A DNA stretch of 64,000 nucleotides from Candidatus Dormibacteria bacterium. Its GTDB lineage: Bacteria; Chloroflexota; Dormibacteria; Aeolococcales; Bog-877. The position numbers were made by a program, and so were the translations under genes. Under the pieces are notes generated by a model. The model was given only the letters and a program-made list of their open reading frames with translations, did no database searches and was not told the DNA's origin. The stretch covers positions 16,142-80,141 of the forward strand of contig JBJKSO010000086.1 in the NCBI GenBank assembly GCA_046703825.1, read 5' to 3'. Each line of letters starts with the position of its first letter. The first letter of the stretch is position 1. Below, one piece after another: positions 29,809 to 37,713 of this stretch.

Positions 29809-29931
29809 CGTTTGCCATCGAGCTTCGCCTAGCACGGGGAGGTCAGGGAAGGATGCCGGTGCAGGGGGAGGGTAGCGGCGGCCGTGAGCGGTGCGTGCGC
29901 CCCTGATGATGTACGTGTTTGGTAGCAGCCC

Positions 29932-30588
29932 GTGTCGCTGACACAGAAGTTCGTCATCCTGGGCAGCCTCTTGGCCGCTGCCCTCATTGCTTTGGCCGCG
30001 TACGTGTTCTTCTGGCTGGCCTACATCCCGCCCACCGTGCAGGCGAGCACCGTGGGCGGGACGCACATAAGGCTAGCCACGGTAGGGACGATCGACTACG
30101 GAGCAGAGCCGGACTGGGTCTCGTACTTGATCCGTCACGACGGCAAGTGGGTGCACTCCACCGTCTGGGAGGTCCCCGCGAACTCGACGATTCACGTCAC
30201 GGTCGACGAATACGACACGCAGACCGGTCTTCGTAACCCGTTCCTCAGCATGGTTCGGGGCACCTTGGGCGGCGTGGAGGTTGTCAACGGCACCCCTGTC
30301 CGGTATGTCAATCCGAACTACCCGGCGCACACATTCTCGGTGCCCGAGTTGGGGGTGAATGTCCCGCTGGTGGGCATCTCGAACAGCAGCTATCCCGGGG
30401 ATCTAACCAACCCCCACAACGACCACGTGACCATCACCTTCTCGTTCCGCACCTATGGCCCCGAGACGGTGCACTGGCAGTGCTTCGTGCCCTGCGCCGC
30501 TGGCTATCTGTATGGCAACGGCGGCCCGATGCAGACGGTGGGCTACATGGACGGCTACATAAAGATCGTTCCGAAGTCGCAACTCTAG
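29932..30588 (+). CDS. membrane-anchored cupredoxin (CoxB-periplasmic/sulfocyanin-like)
   Basis: N-terminal TM, VPANSTIHVTV, HTFSVP, WQCFVPC...GGPM...GYMDG copper-ligand-like pattern. Confidence 0.75.
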   Translation: MSLTQKFVILGSLLAAALIALAAYVFFWLAYIPPTVQASTVGGTHIRLATVGTIDYGAEPDWVSYLIRHDGKWVHSTVWEVPANSTIHVTVDEYDTQTGLRNPFLSMVRGTLGGVEVVNGTPVRYVNPNYPAHTFSVPELGVNVPLVGISNSSYPGDLTNPHNDHVTITFSFRTYGPETVHWQCFVPCAAGYLYGNGGPMQTVGYMDGYIKIVPKSQL

Positions 30589-30628
30589 GTCGATAGTCGG
30601 GCAAGACGGGTAAGGGGAGAGTCAGACC

Positions 30629-31492
30629 TTGAGCGTTGGAGCCGAGAGGATCAGCCACAGCAACTGGCGAAACTTTCTTGTCCCGCACATCATCTACATG
30701 TGCTTCGCCATTGTTGGCGACCTTGCCATCGCGCTCGGATGGCTGCACATTCCGCCGGGGTTCATGGCCACCGGCTCGAGCGACCAAGTGGTCGAGACTC
30801 AGGTGCTGTCGATTCTGGCGTGGAATGTGGCGAGCGCAGTCATAATCTTCGGCGTCTATTACCTCATAACCTTCCGCGAGCGCGCCGATCGCCAGTCGAT
30901 CTGGATGGCACAGCCGCGCACCGCCTTTTGGATCCAGACGGGTTGGCTGACCTTCGCTGTTGTGCACGTGCTTTTCGCCGCTGGCTATGGCACCGCAATG
31001 TTGGAGGGACAGGTCCAGCCCAACCTGGTGGTGCCGGCTTCAGCCAAGACGCACGGAGTGCAGAAGCCGCTGGTTATTCAGGTGATTGGCCAGCAGTGGC
31101 AGTGGACCTACCGCTACCCGCAGTTTGGCGGCTTCGAGACACAGCAGCTGAGAATGCCCGAAGGCAGACTGATCCAGTTTGATGTGACCTCACTTGACGT
31201 GATCCACTCATTCTGGGCCTACCAGCTCGGGGTGAAGATCGACGCCAACCCCGGGGTGAACAACGTCGGATACGCCTTCGCGTTGCACACCGGAGTCGTG
31301 GATGTGCACTGCGCCGAGTTGTGCGGGATCTGGCACGGCTACATGACCGACGTGGGGCCCCAGGCTGGCCGGGTGCTGAGTTCCTCGCAATTCGCGTCCT
31401 GGGTTAGCTACGCCAAGGCGAAATACGGACCGGAGGACAAGTACCTGCCCAAGTACGCCCCGGTTTACTATCCACAACCCCTGACGTATTAG
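30629..31492 (+). CDS. coxB: cytochrome c oxidase subunit II (CuA)
   Basis: QQWQW, DVIHSFW, CAELCGIWHGYM; three N-terminal hydrophobic segments. Confidence 0.93.
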   Translation: MSVGAERISHSNWRNFLVPHIIYMCFAIVGDLAIALGWLHIPPGFMATGSSDQVVETQVLSILAWNVASAVIIFGVYYLITFRERADRQSIWMAQPRTAFWIQTGWLTFAVVHVLFAAGYGTAMLEGQVQPNLVVPASAKTHGVQKPLVIQVIGQQWQWTYRYPQFGGFETQQLRMPEGRLIQFDVTSLDVIHSFWAYQLGVKIDANPGVNNVGYAFALHTGVVDVHCAELCGIWHGYMTDVGPQAGRVLSSSQFASWVSYAKAKYGPEDKYLPKYAPVYYPQPLTY

Positions 31493-31569
31493 GTGGGGTG
31501 ATGTATGACTTCGAGAGCGTGTACTTGGGGAAGTGGCAGTACCGCAGCGAGTTCCACGGAGGTCGATAG

Positions 31570-33483
31570 GTGAGTTCGACAGCTATCGCTAGCGGCCGGG
31601 CCCGGGGTGCCTTCGACCCGCGGAAGTTCTTTCTCGGGCAGAACCTGTTCACAGCCGCGGTCGTCGGAATCTGTGCGGGCCTCATCGGCTACTGGATCGG
31701 TGCCCAGATCGAGACGACTGACAACGGCACGGCCGGCATCATCCTTGGCTACCTGATAGGCGCCGCCGGCTTCCTGCTGACCCTGGGCTTCGCCAACGAC
31801 CCGATCCAACGGCTGCTGGGTCGGCCAAGCGCGAGCATCGTCAAGCACGCTGAGCGCTCCAACTGGACTGAGTACTTCGGCATCTCCATGGACCACAAGG
31901 TCGTCGGCATTCAGTTCGGCGTCGTGGTCCTGCTCATGTTCTTCACCGCCGGCTTCCAGGCGATGATGATCCGCACTGACCTCATGTTCCCGAGCGGCGG
32001 CCCCTGGCCTGCCGGGCAGTACATCGCGCTGGTGGGCCTGCATGGCCTGCTGATGATGTTCGTGGCCACGCTGATCATCGTCGGTGCATTCGGCAACTAC
32101 TTCGTGCCCCTGATGATCGGTGCCAAGCGGATGGCCTTCCCTCGCGCCGAGTCTCTGGCGCTCTGGCTTGCCCTTCTGGGCTGGATCATCCTCTACTCGC
32201 AGCTCTTCGCCGGCCCCGGCGCCGGCTTCCCGACGGGGTGGTACGGCTATGCCCCGCTGTCGGTCGAGGCTCGGGCGGGGATGGACGGCTATATCGTCGG
32301 CTTCGCCTTCATCGGGCTGGCCGCCAGCATCGCGGGGATCAACCTGCTGACGACGATCTTCGTTCTGCGGGCACCCGGAATGACATGGAGCCGCCTGCCG
32401 ATCTTCGTCTGGGCGATTCTCGCCACCGAGTTCCTCTCCGCCTTTGCCCCGCCTGTCTTGGCGTGTGCCCTGACGCTGGTCGGGTTCGACCGGTCGGTGC
32501 ACTCCTCCTTCTACATACCCGCGGCTGGCGGTAGCGCATATCTTTGGGAGGAGATGTTCTGGTGGTTTGGCCACCCAGAGGTCTACATCTTCATCCTGCC
32601 CGCGTTCGGAGTGGTCCTGGAGATCCTGCCGGTCTTCGCCCGCAAGCCACTGTTTGGCTACCGCCTCGCGGTAGCGGGTCTGATGGGTGTATCGATGATG
32701 AGCTGGTTCGTCTGGAACCACCACATCTTCACCAGCGGGATCGCGCCCGGGCTGCGTCCATACTTCATGACCGCGACCGAGTTCATCTCGATACCGACCG
32801 GCGTGGTGTTCCTAAGTTTGCTGGGCACGCTCTGGGGAGGCCGGATTCGCTTCAAACTGCCGCTGCTGTTCGCCCTGGCCATGATGTTCAACTTCCTCTT
32901 CGGCGGGGTGACCGGTGTATTCCTCTCCGACGTACCTCTGAACACCACGCTCCATGACAGCTTCTTCGTGGTCGGGCACTTCCACTACACGATCCTCGGC
33001 GGTGAAATCTTCGCGATGTACGCCGCCTGCTACTACTGGTTCCCCAAGATCACGGGGAAGATGCTGAACGAGCGGCTCGGCAAGATTCACTTCTGGACCG
33101 CCTTCATCTTCTTCAACACGACCTTCATGCCGATGTTCGCGGCGGGCTACATGGGGATGGTTCGGCGGGTGGTCGTCTACCAGCAAGACCTCCACGGACT
33201 GAACCTCTGGATCTCCGCAAATGCGTTCATGTTCGGGATCTCCAACTTGGTCTTCCTGATCAACCTGATCTACTCGTGGGCATTCCAGAAGGACCTGGCA
33301 CCGGTGAACCCGTGGGAGGCCCGGTCGCTTGAGTGGCAACTGCCCACGCCAATTCCGGCTGACAACTTCCAGCGCATCCCGACGATCGTGGGCAGCCCAT
33401 ACGACTACGGTGTCGGCGTGGGTACGCCAGTAGCCGAGTGGCCTAGTGGAGGGCAGGCACCAACGCCTGCACCAGTCAATTGA
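31570..33483 (+). CDS. coxA: heme-copper oxidase subunit I (A-family-like, N-terminally extended)
   Basis: DHK, LHG, WFGHPEVY, WNHH, GHFH, GM.RR. Confidence 0.97.
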   Translation: MSSTAIASGRARGAFDPRKFFLGQNLFTAAVVGICAGLIGYWIGAQIETTDNGTAGIILGYLIGAAGFLLTLGFANDPIQRLLGRPSASIVKHAERSNWTEYFGISMDHKVVGIQFGVVVLLMFFTAGFQAMMIRTDLMFPSGGPWPAGQYIALVGLHGLLMMFVATLIIVGAFGNYFVPLMIGAKRMAFPRAESLALWLALLGWIILYSQLFAGPGAGFPTGWYGYAPLSVEARAGMDGYIVGFAFIGLAASIAGINLLTTIFVLRAPGMTWSRLPIFVWAILATEFLSAFAPPVLACALTLVGFDRSVHSSFYIPAAGGSAYLWEEMFWWFGHPEVYIFILPAFGVVLEILPVFARKPLFGYRLAVAGLMGVSMMSWFVWNHHIFTSGIAPGLRPYFMTATEFISIPTGVVFLSLLGTLWGGRIRFKLPLLFALAMMFNFLFGGVTGVFLSDVPLNTTLHDSFFVVGHFHYTILGGEIFAMYAACYYWFPKITGKMLNERLGKIHFWTAFIFFNTTFMPMFAAGYMGMVRRVVVYQQDLHGLNLWISANAFMFGISNLVFLINLIYSWAFQKDLAPVNPWEARSLEWQLPTPIPADNFQRIPTIVGSPYDYGVGVGTPVAEWPSGGQAPTPAPVN

Positions 33484-34157
33484 AGAGTCGTTCCTCCGTC
33501 ACAACACCGGGGGTCTCGTCCGGGGTTCCCCTGCAGCCTGGAGGCTTTGTCCACACTCCGCAGCAAATCGCTCGGATTCCGGTGGTGGGCGGATGGCTTC
33601 TGACCGGGGCCGATCTGTTCTTCACGGTGCCGCTCTTCTTCGCATTCTTTTTCCTGCAGCAAGCGAACGAGAACAACTCGTGGCAGCCGAAGGGGGTGCA
33701 CCCACCGGATCTGGCGATCGGAACCCTCTGCATGGCACTGGTCGTCGCCGGTGTAGGCGTAGTTCATTGGGCGCTGCCTCGGCTCAACTCCCAAGAGGGC
33801 CTGGCCAGCTTCGTCCTCCCGGCACGGGTTGGGGCGCTGGCAATGATCGGCGGCGTGGTCGTCGAGATCTGGCAGCTCTCCCATCTGGGCTTTGGGATCT
33901 CCGATGGCTCGTACGCGAGTGCCTTCATCGCCATGCAGGTGATCCTGATCATCCACGTGGCGATAACCGCGCTTTGGGTGATCAGCCTGGCCAACCGGGC
34001 CGCGTACGAGGCACGCCACCCGATTGTGGCGCCCGACGACGATCAACTGGTCGAGACACCGACCCCCATATCCGCCCTCGGCTACTCGTATTTGTGGTGG
34101 GGGGTATGGATCGGTGGTGTGTTTGCACTGGCTTGGGTGGTCGGCTACTTCCTGTAG
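33480..34157 (+). CDS. coxC: heme-copper oxidase subunit III-like
   Basis: Five TMs, WQP, GSYASAF...H; TTGA-coupled to coxA. Confidence 0.75.
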   Translation: MKSRSSVTTPGVSSGVPLQPGGFVHTPQQIARIPVVGGWLLTGADLFFTVPLFFAFFFLQQANENNSWQPKGVHPPDLAIGTLCMALVVAGVGVVHWALPRLNSQEGLASFVLPARVGALAMIGGVVVEIWQLSHLGFGISDGSYASAFIAMQVILIIHVAITALWVISLANRAAYEARHPIVAPDDDQLVETPTPISALGYSYLWWGVWIGGVFALAWVVGYFL

Positions 34158-34360
34158 CAGGGATATCCGGCCTTGGGGCCAGCGGCGGCAAGCTGGATCT
34201 TGAGGGAGTCGCTTGGCACTGAGGAGCCGGTCCGTGGCGGGTGGTGGGCCTTTTGGCGGCTGAGCCTGCGGTGGCTGCGGGCGCACCCGGGAGCGCCGAC
34301 GGCCAGAGTGCGAGGGCAGTAGACTCGGCTCTGGACGGCTGGGGCAACACCGCTAGGAGC

Positions 34361-35266
34361 ATGGGAGGCGCAATGCTGGCAATTTCGCTCGTGCGCGGAC
34401 GGCCTGCGCGAGCGGTCATCGCGGACTACCTGAGCCTGATGAAGCCTGGAGTCCTGAGCCTCTTGGTCGTGACCGAACTGCTCGCCATGGTCACCGCTGC
34501 ACGCGGGTGGCCGGGCTGGGGGCTCACCCTCATCGCCCTCGCCGCAGGATGCCTCGCGGCCGGCGGCGCGGCGGCGATCAACTGTTGGTTCGATCGGGAC
34601 ATCGACGCGGTGATGGGGAGGACGCGCAGCCGTCCAGTACCGGCGGGTCGCATCCAGCCGGCGGCGGCGCTGGTCTTCGGAACCGTTTTGGCCACTGCCG
34701 GTGTGGTGGTCTTCTTTGTCTTCGTCAACCCGCTGGCCGCCGGGCTCGCCCTCTTCGGCGGCGTCTTTTACGTGTGCGTCTACACCTTCTGGCTGAAGCG
34801 AGCCACGGCCCAGAACATCGTCATCGGTGGGGCTGCGGGGGCGATGCCGCCACTGGTCGGCTGGGCGGCGGTCACCCATTCCCTTTCCCCGGTGGCGATC
34901 GGACTCTTCGTGGTCATATTTCTGTGGACGCCCCCCCACTTCTGGGCGCTCTCCCTGATCGTGCGACGGGACTACGCCGCGGTGTCGGTTCCGATGCGCT
35001 CGGTGGCCCTCGGGGTTAAGCGAACCCGCCGGGGGATCGTTGCCTACGCCATCCTGCTGCTGGCGGCCAGTTGCAGTCTCGGAATTTGGCTCGGGGCGGG
35101 GGAGGTGGTGCTGGCGCTGCTGACGGGAGTGCCACTCTTGGCGATGGGGCTGGTCGTGATGCGGGAGGGGGCGTCGATGCGTTGGGCACGGCGCCTGTTC
35201 CAGTTCTCGATCCTCTATCTCTTCCTGTTCTTTGCCGGAACTGCGGCGGTCGCAGTACTGCGCTAG
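34361..35266 (+). CDS. cyoE: protoheme IX farnesyltransferase (heme O synthase); start 34361 or 34373
   Basis: LMKP, N..DRDID..M.RT..RP, NIVIGGAAGA.PPLVGW, LWTPPHFWAL. Confidence 0.95.
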   Translation: MGGAMLAISLVRGRPARAVIADYLSLMKPGVLSLLVVTELLAMVTAARGWPGWGLTLIALAAGCLAAGGAAAINCWFDRDIDAVMGRTRSRPVPAGRIQPAAALVFGTVLATAGVVVFFVFVNPLAAGLALFGGVFYVCVYTFWLKRATAQNIVIGGAAGAMPPLVGWAAVTHSLSPVAIGLFVVIFLWTPPHFWALSLIVRRDYAAVSVPMRSVALGVKRTRRGIVAYAILLLAASCSLGIWLGAGEVVLALLTGVPLLAMGLVVMREGASMRWARRLFQFSILYLFLFFAGTAAVAVLR

Positions 35267-35279
35267 CCGTCTCGACGGC

Positions 35280-35720
35280 TCACCGGACGACCACCACCTT
35301 GCCCAGCATCCCGAGGGTCTCGTGCGGAATGCAGAAGTATTTGTAGACTCCGGGCGCCGTGAACTTGACCTTGGCCGAGTGACCGGGCGGTAGCGGGTGG
35401 TCCCAGCCGCGGCCGCCCTTGGGGATGGACGCGTCGGCCGGATTGGCCGCCAATTGCGGCTCATCGGTGGTGGTGTGGGCGAGGTTGTTGGTCACGTTGT
35501 GCCAGGTGACCGTGCCGCCCACCTTAAGACAGACCGTTGCCGGCGAAAACCTGAGGCTCTCGTTGGCGTCCACCACCGCCGACCTGGCCGCCGTTGCGGC
35601 TGTGCAGCTGCCTATGCGAGAAGGCCCGCTGGAGCGGGCGGGCTGGGAGGGGCCGCCGCATCCAGCGAGGACGGTCGCGGCCAGTAGGAGCGGAGCGGCT
35701 GCGGCTGCGGCGCGCTGCAC
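35280..35720 (-). CDS. plastocyanin/azurin-type blue copper lipoprotein
   Basis: Lipobox LAGC; FSP, VTWHN, upstream His (AHT) and YFCIPHETLGM type-1 Cu ligands. Confidence 0.88.
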   Translation of the reverse strand: MQRAAAAAAPLLLAATVLAGCGGPSQPARSSGPSRIGSCTAATAARSAVVDANESLRFSPATVCLKVGGTVTWHNVTNNLAHTTTDEPQLAANPADASIPKGGRGWDHPLPPGHSAKVKFTAPGVYKYFCIPHETLGMLGKVVVVR

Positions 35721-35725
35721 GGTTA

Positions 35726-36316
35726 CTACTTGAGCGGCGACTGGCCGAGCCCGATGACGCCACAGGCGGCCGACGAGGGCACATGGTTGGGCGTCTGCAC
35801 CCACACCGACCAGGCCGAAAAGCGCAGATCCGTCACGCCAAGCAGCTCGTTGCTCATCTGGACGGTTCCGCTCGCGGACGAGCGTCCCGTCGCCGCCCGG
35901 CGGGCGTTCTGGGGCAGATCCCCCGCACAAGAACCCTCGGGCACCAGCCACGCACGCACTAGCTGCCTTGCCGGCAATCTCTCGAGCGTCAATGTGAGCA
36001 CCAGCACGTGCCCCTGACGGTACCAGACGAGCCGGACCTCTCCGCTAGCCAGGCTGCCTGCGGTCGGCTTGATGGCGATCAGGACTGCATGCCGGTCTGG
36101 CAGCAACGGGGTGCTGCCCGCGCCCACCAGCGCGAGGATGGTCCAGATCCCGGCACCTACTACGGCCACCGCGGCAATCCATCTAAGGAGCAGGTGGCGG
36201 AACTCCTGCGGAGATCTCGGCCTCGGAAACGGCCTCATGAACGGCCGAGCCATGTAGCGAGGGCGATGCCCGTTGTGCGAGTGCCCGGGCCACTGGTTCG
36301 GAGGTTGCGAACTCAC
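35726..36316 (-). CDS. membrane-anchored protein with a Cu/Zn-SOD/CHRD-like beta-sandwich lacking His ligands
   Basis: One TM, then GEVRL...LTLERLP...GSC...ACGVIG. Confidence 0.55.
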   Translation of the reverse strand: MSSQPPNQWPGHSHNGHRPRYMARPFMRPFPRPRSPQEFRHLLLRWIAAVAVVGAGIWTILALVGAGSTPLLPDRHAVLIAIKPTAGSLASGEVRLVWYRQGHVLVLTLTLERLPARQLVRAWLVPEGSCAGDLPQNARRAATGRSSASGTVQMSNELLGVTDLRFSAWSVWVQTPNHVPSSAACGVIGLGQSPLK

Positions 36317-36375
36317 GGCGTTGAATTATCCGAGGATGGACTCCGGAAGCAGATCGCCGGAGACGCTCGCTTGGC

Positions 36376-37311
36376 CTAGGGCGAGATCATCCGCTCCGAG
36401 GGTCCCCCGCCTTCGTCGAAGGCCCCCGCCTGGTTGGCTTCTCGGAACTCCCTCGAGAGGGCTTCGGTCTGCTCCTCGTCCGCCTTCATCCAGCGGTAAA
36501 CCACGACGTCCAGCATGATCTCGAGGGGGAGGCCGGCGGGCACCCACGCGACGCCGGCTCCCCACTGCTGGTCGGTGAGCGCGGAGATTCCGAGGGGCCG
36601 GTGGACCTCATGGAGGTAGACCGCGTACCACGCGTGTGATGACAGTCCCAGGGGGAAAGCGACCATCCACATGCTAGTTGCGCCGCAGACGATGTAAGCG
36701 GTCATCTGCCAGGGGGTCATGCGGTGCCGCAGCGGTGGGCTGTCCACCAGTAGCGACCAGTACACGAGCCCGCCCAGCAACATGGTCAGGTGCTCAAAGT
36801 CGTGGAGCGTCTGGTTGGCAAGGCTCAGGTCGTAAAGGGTCGGGATGTGCCAGGACCAGAAGGTGAGAGCCATGGCCGCCACACCCACCTGGGGACGCCG
36901 GAAGAACCCGCCGAAGGACCGCACCGGCGACTTCCGGAAGAAGCGGAGCGCAATCGGAGCGATCGCCCGCCGCCACCGCAGCGGCAGGCCGCGCCACATC
37001 GGGGTCCACGGGGCCCCGATGATCAGTAGCGGAGCTACCACCATCTGCAGCATGCAGTGTTGGATCATGTGCATGAAGAAGAGGTAGTAGGAGAGGTAGT
37101 CGATCGGCGACTCGAGCGCCACCAGGGTCGCGGCGAGGCCGGCGTAGAAGGCCAATCCGCGCCACAAGTGCTCCCGGTCCCCGGGCCGGCGTGCCCACGC
37201 GACCTGCCTTTGTCCCCGCCAGTAGAGGAATCCGCTCACGATTACCGGGATCCAGACGCCTGGCTCGAGTGAGTATCCGTAGAGGTGGGTCCAAGGCGCG
37301 AGGAAGCTCAT
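36376..37311 (-). CDS. ctaG: cytochrome c oxidase assembly factor (Caa3_CtaG family)
   Basis: SPID, HMIQH, WHIP.LYD, HDFEH, DQQWG. Confidence 0.92.
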   Translation of the reverse strand: MSFLAPWTHLYGYSLEPGVWIPVIVSGFLYWRGQRQVAWARRPGDREHLWRGLAFYAGLAATLVALESPIDYLSYYLFFMHMIQHCMLQMVVAPLLIIGAPWTPMWRGLPLRWRRAIAPIALRFFRKSPVRSFGGFFRRPQVGVAAMALTFWSWHIPTLYDLSLANQTLHDFEHLTMLLGGLVYWSLLVDSPPLRHRMTPWQMTAYIVCGATSMWMVAFPLGLSSHAWYAVYLHEVHRPLGISALTDQQWGAGVAWVPAGLPLEIMLDVVVYRWMKADEEQTEALSREFREANQAGAFDEGGGPSERMISP

Positions 37312-37428
37312 CGCTCCGTGCCCCAGCGAAGGCAACCCCAGTCCCGCTTGCGTCGCTCGGATAGATCTGAGCGGCGATACCCCACGCCGTTCCTCCCGCC
37401 GGTACCGCCTACTGCACTCGCCAGAGAG

Positions 37429-37620
37429 CTACGAGTTGGCCACCCCCAAGCAGACCACCACGATGAAGAAGGCCAGGGCGGTGAACAGGATCATGCCGAA
37501 CACGAACCAGGCGGACTTCCTCAGCCGGAAATCCATGGGAAGATCGGCCAGGGTCCGGAGGCGCCCGCCGTCCGAAGCTGCCGGCTGCTCTCTGTCGGAG
37601 TGCGCAGGAACTCGCTCCAC
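37429..37620 (-). CDS. small single-TM protein
   Basis: TATACT 6 nt before GTG; C-terminal hydrophobic helix; upstream of ctaG on the same strand. Confidence 0.55.
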   Translation of the reverse strand: MERVPAHSDREQPAASDGGRLRTLADLPMDFRLRKSAWFVFGMILFTALAFFIVVVCLGVANS

Positions 37621-37713
37621 GGTGAGAGTATAGATCCAGGGCAGTCACGGCTCGCCGTCGACACGCCATGCGCGCTCGGTTTCGAATTCGAACTCCGGGC
37701 CTAGAATTGCTCC

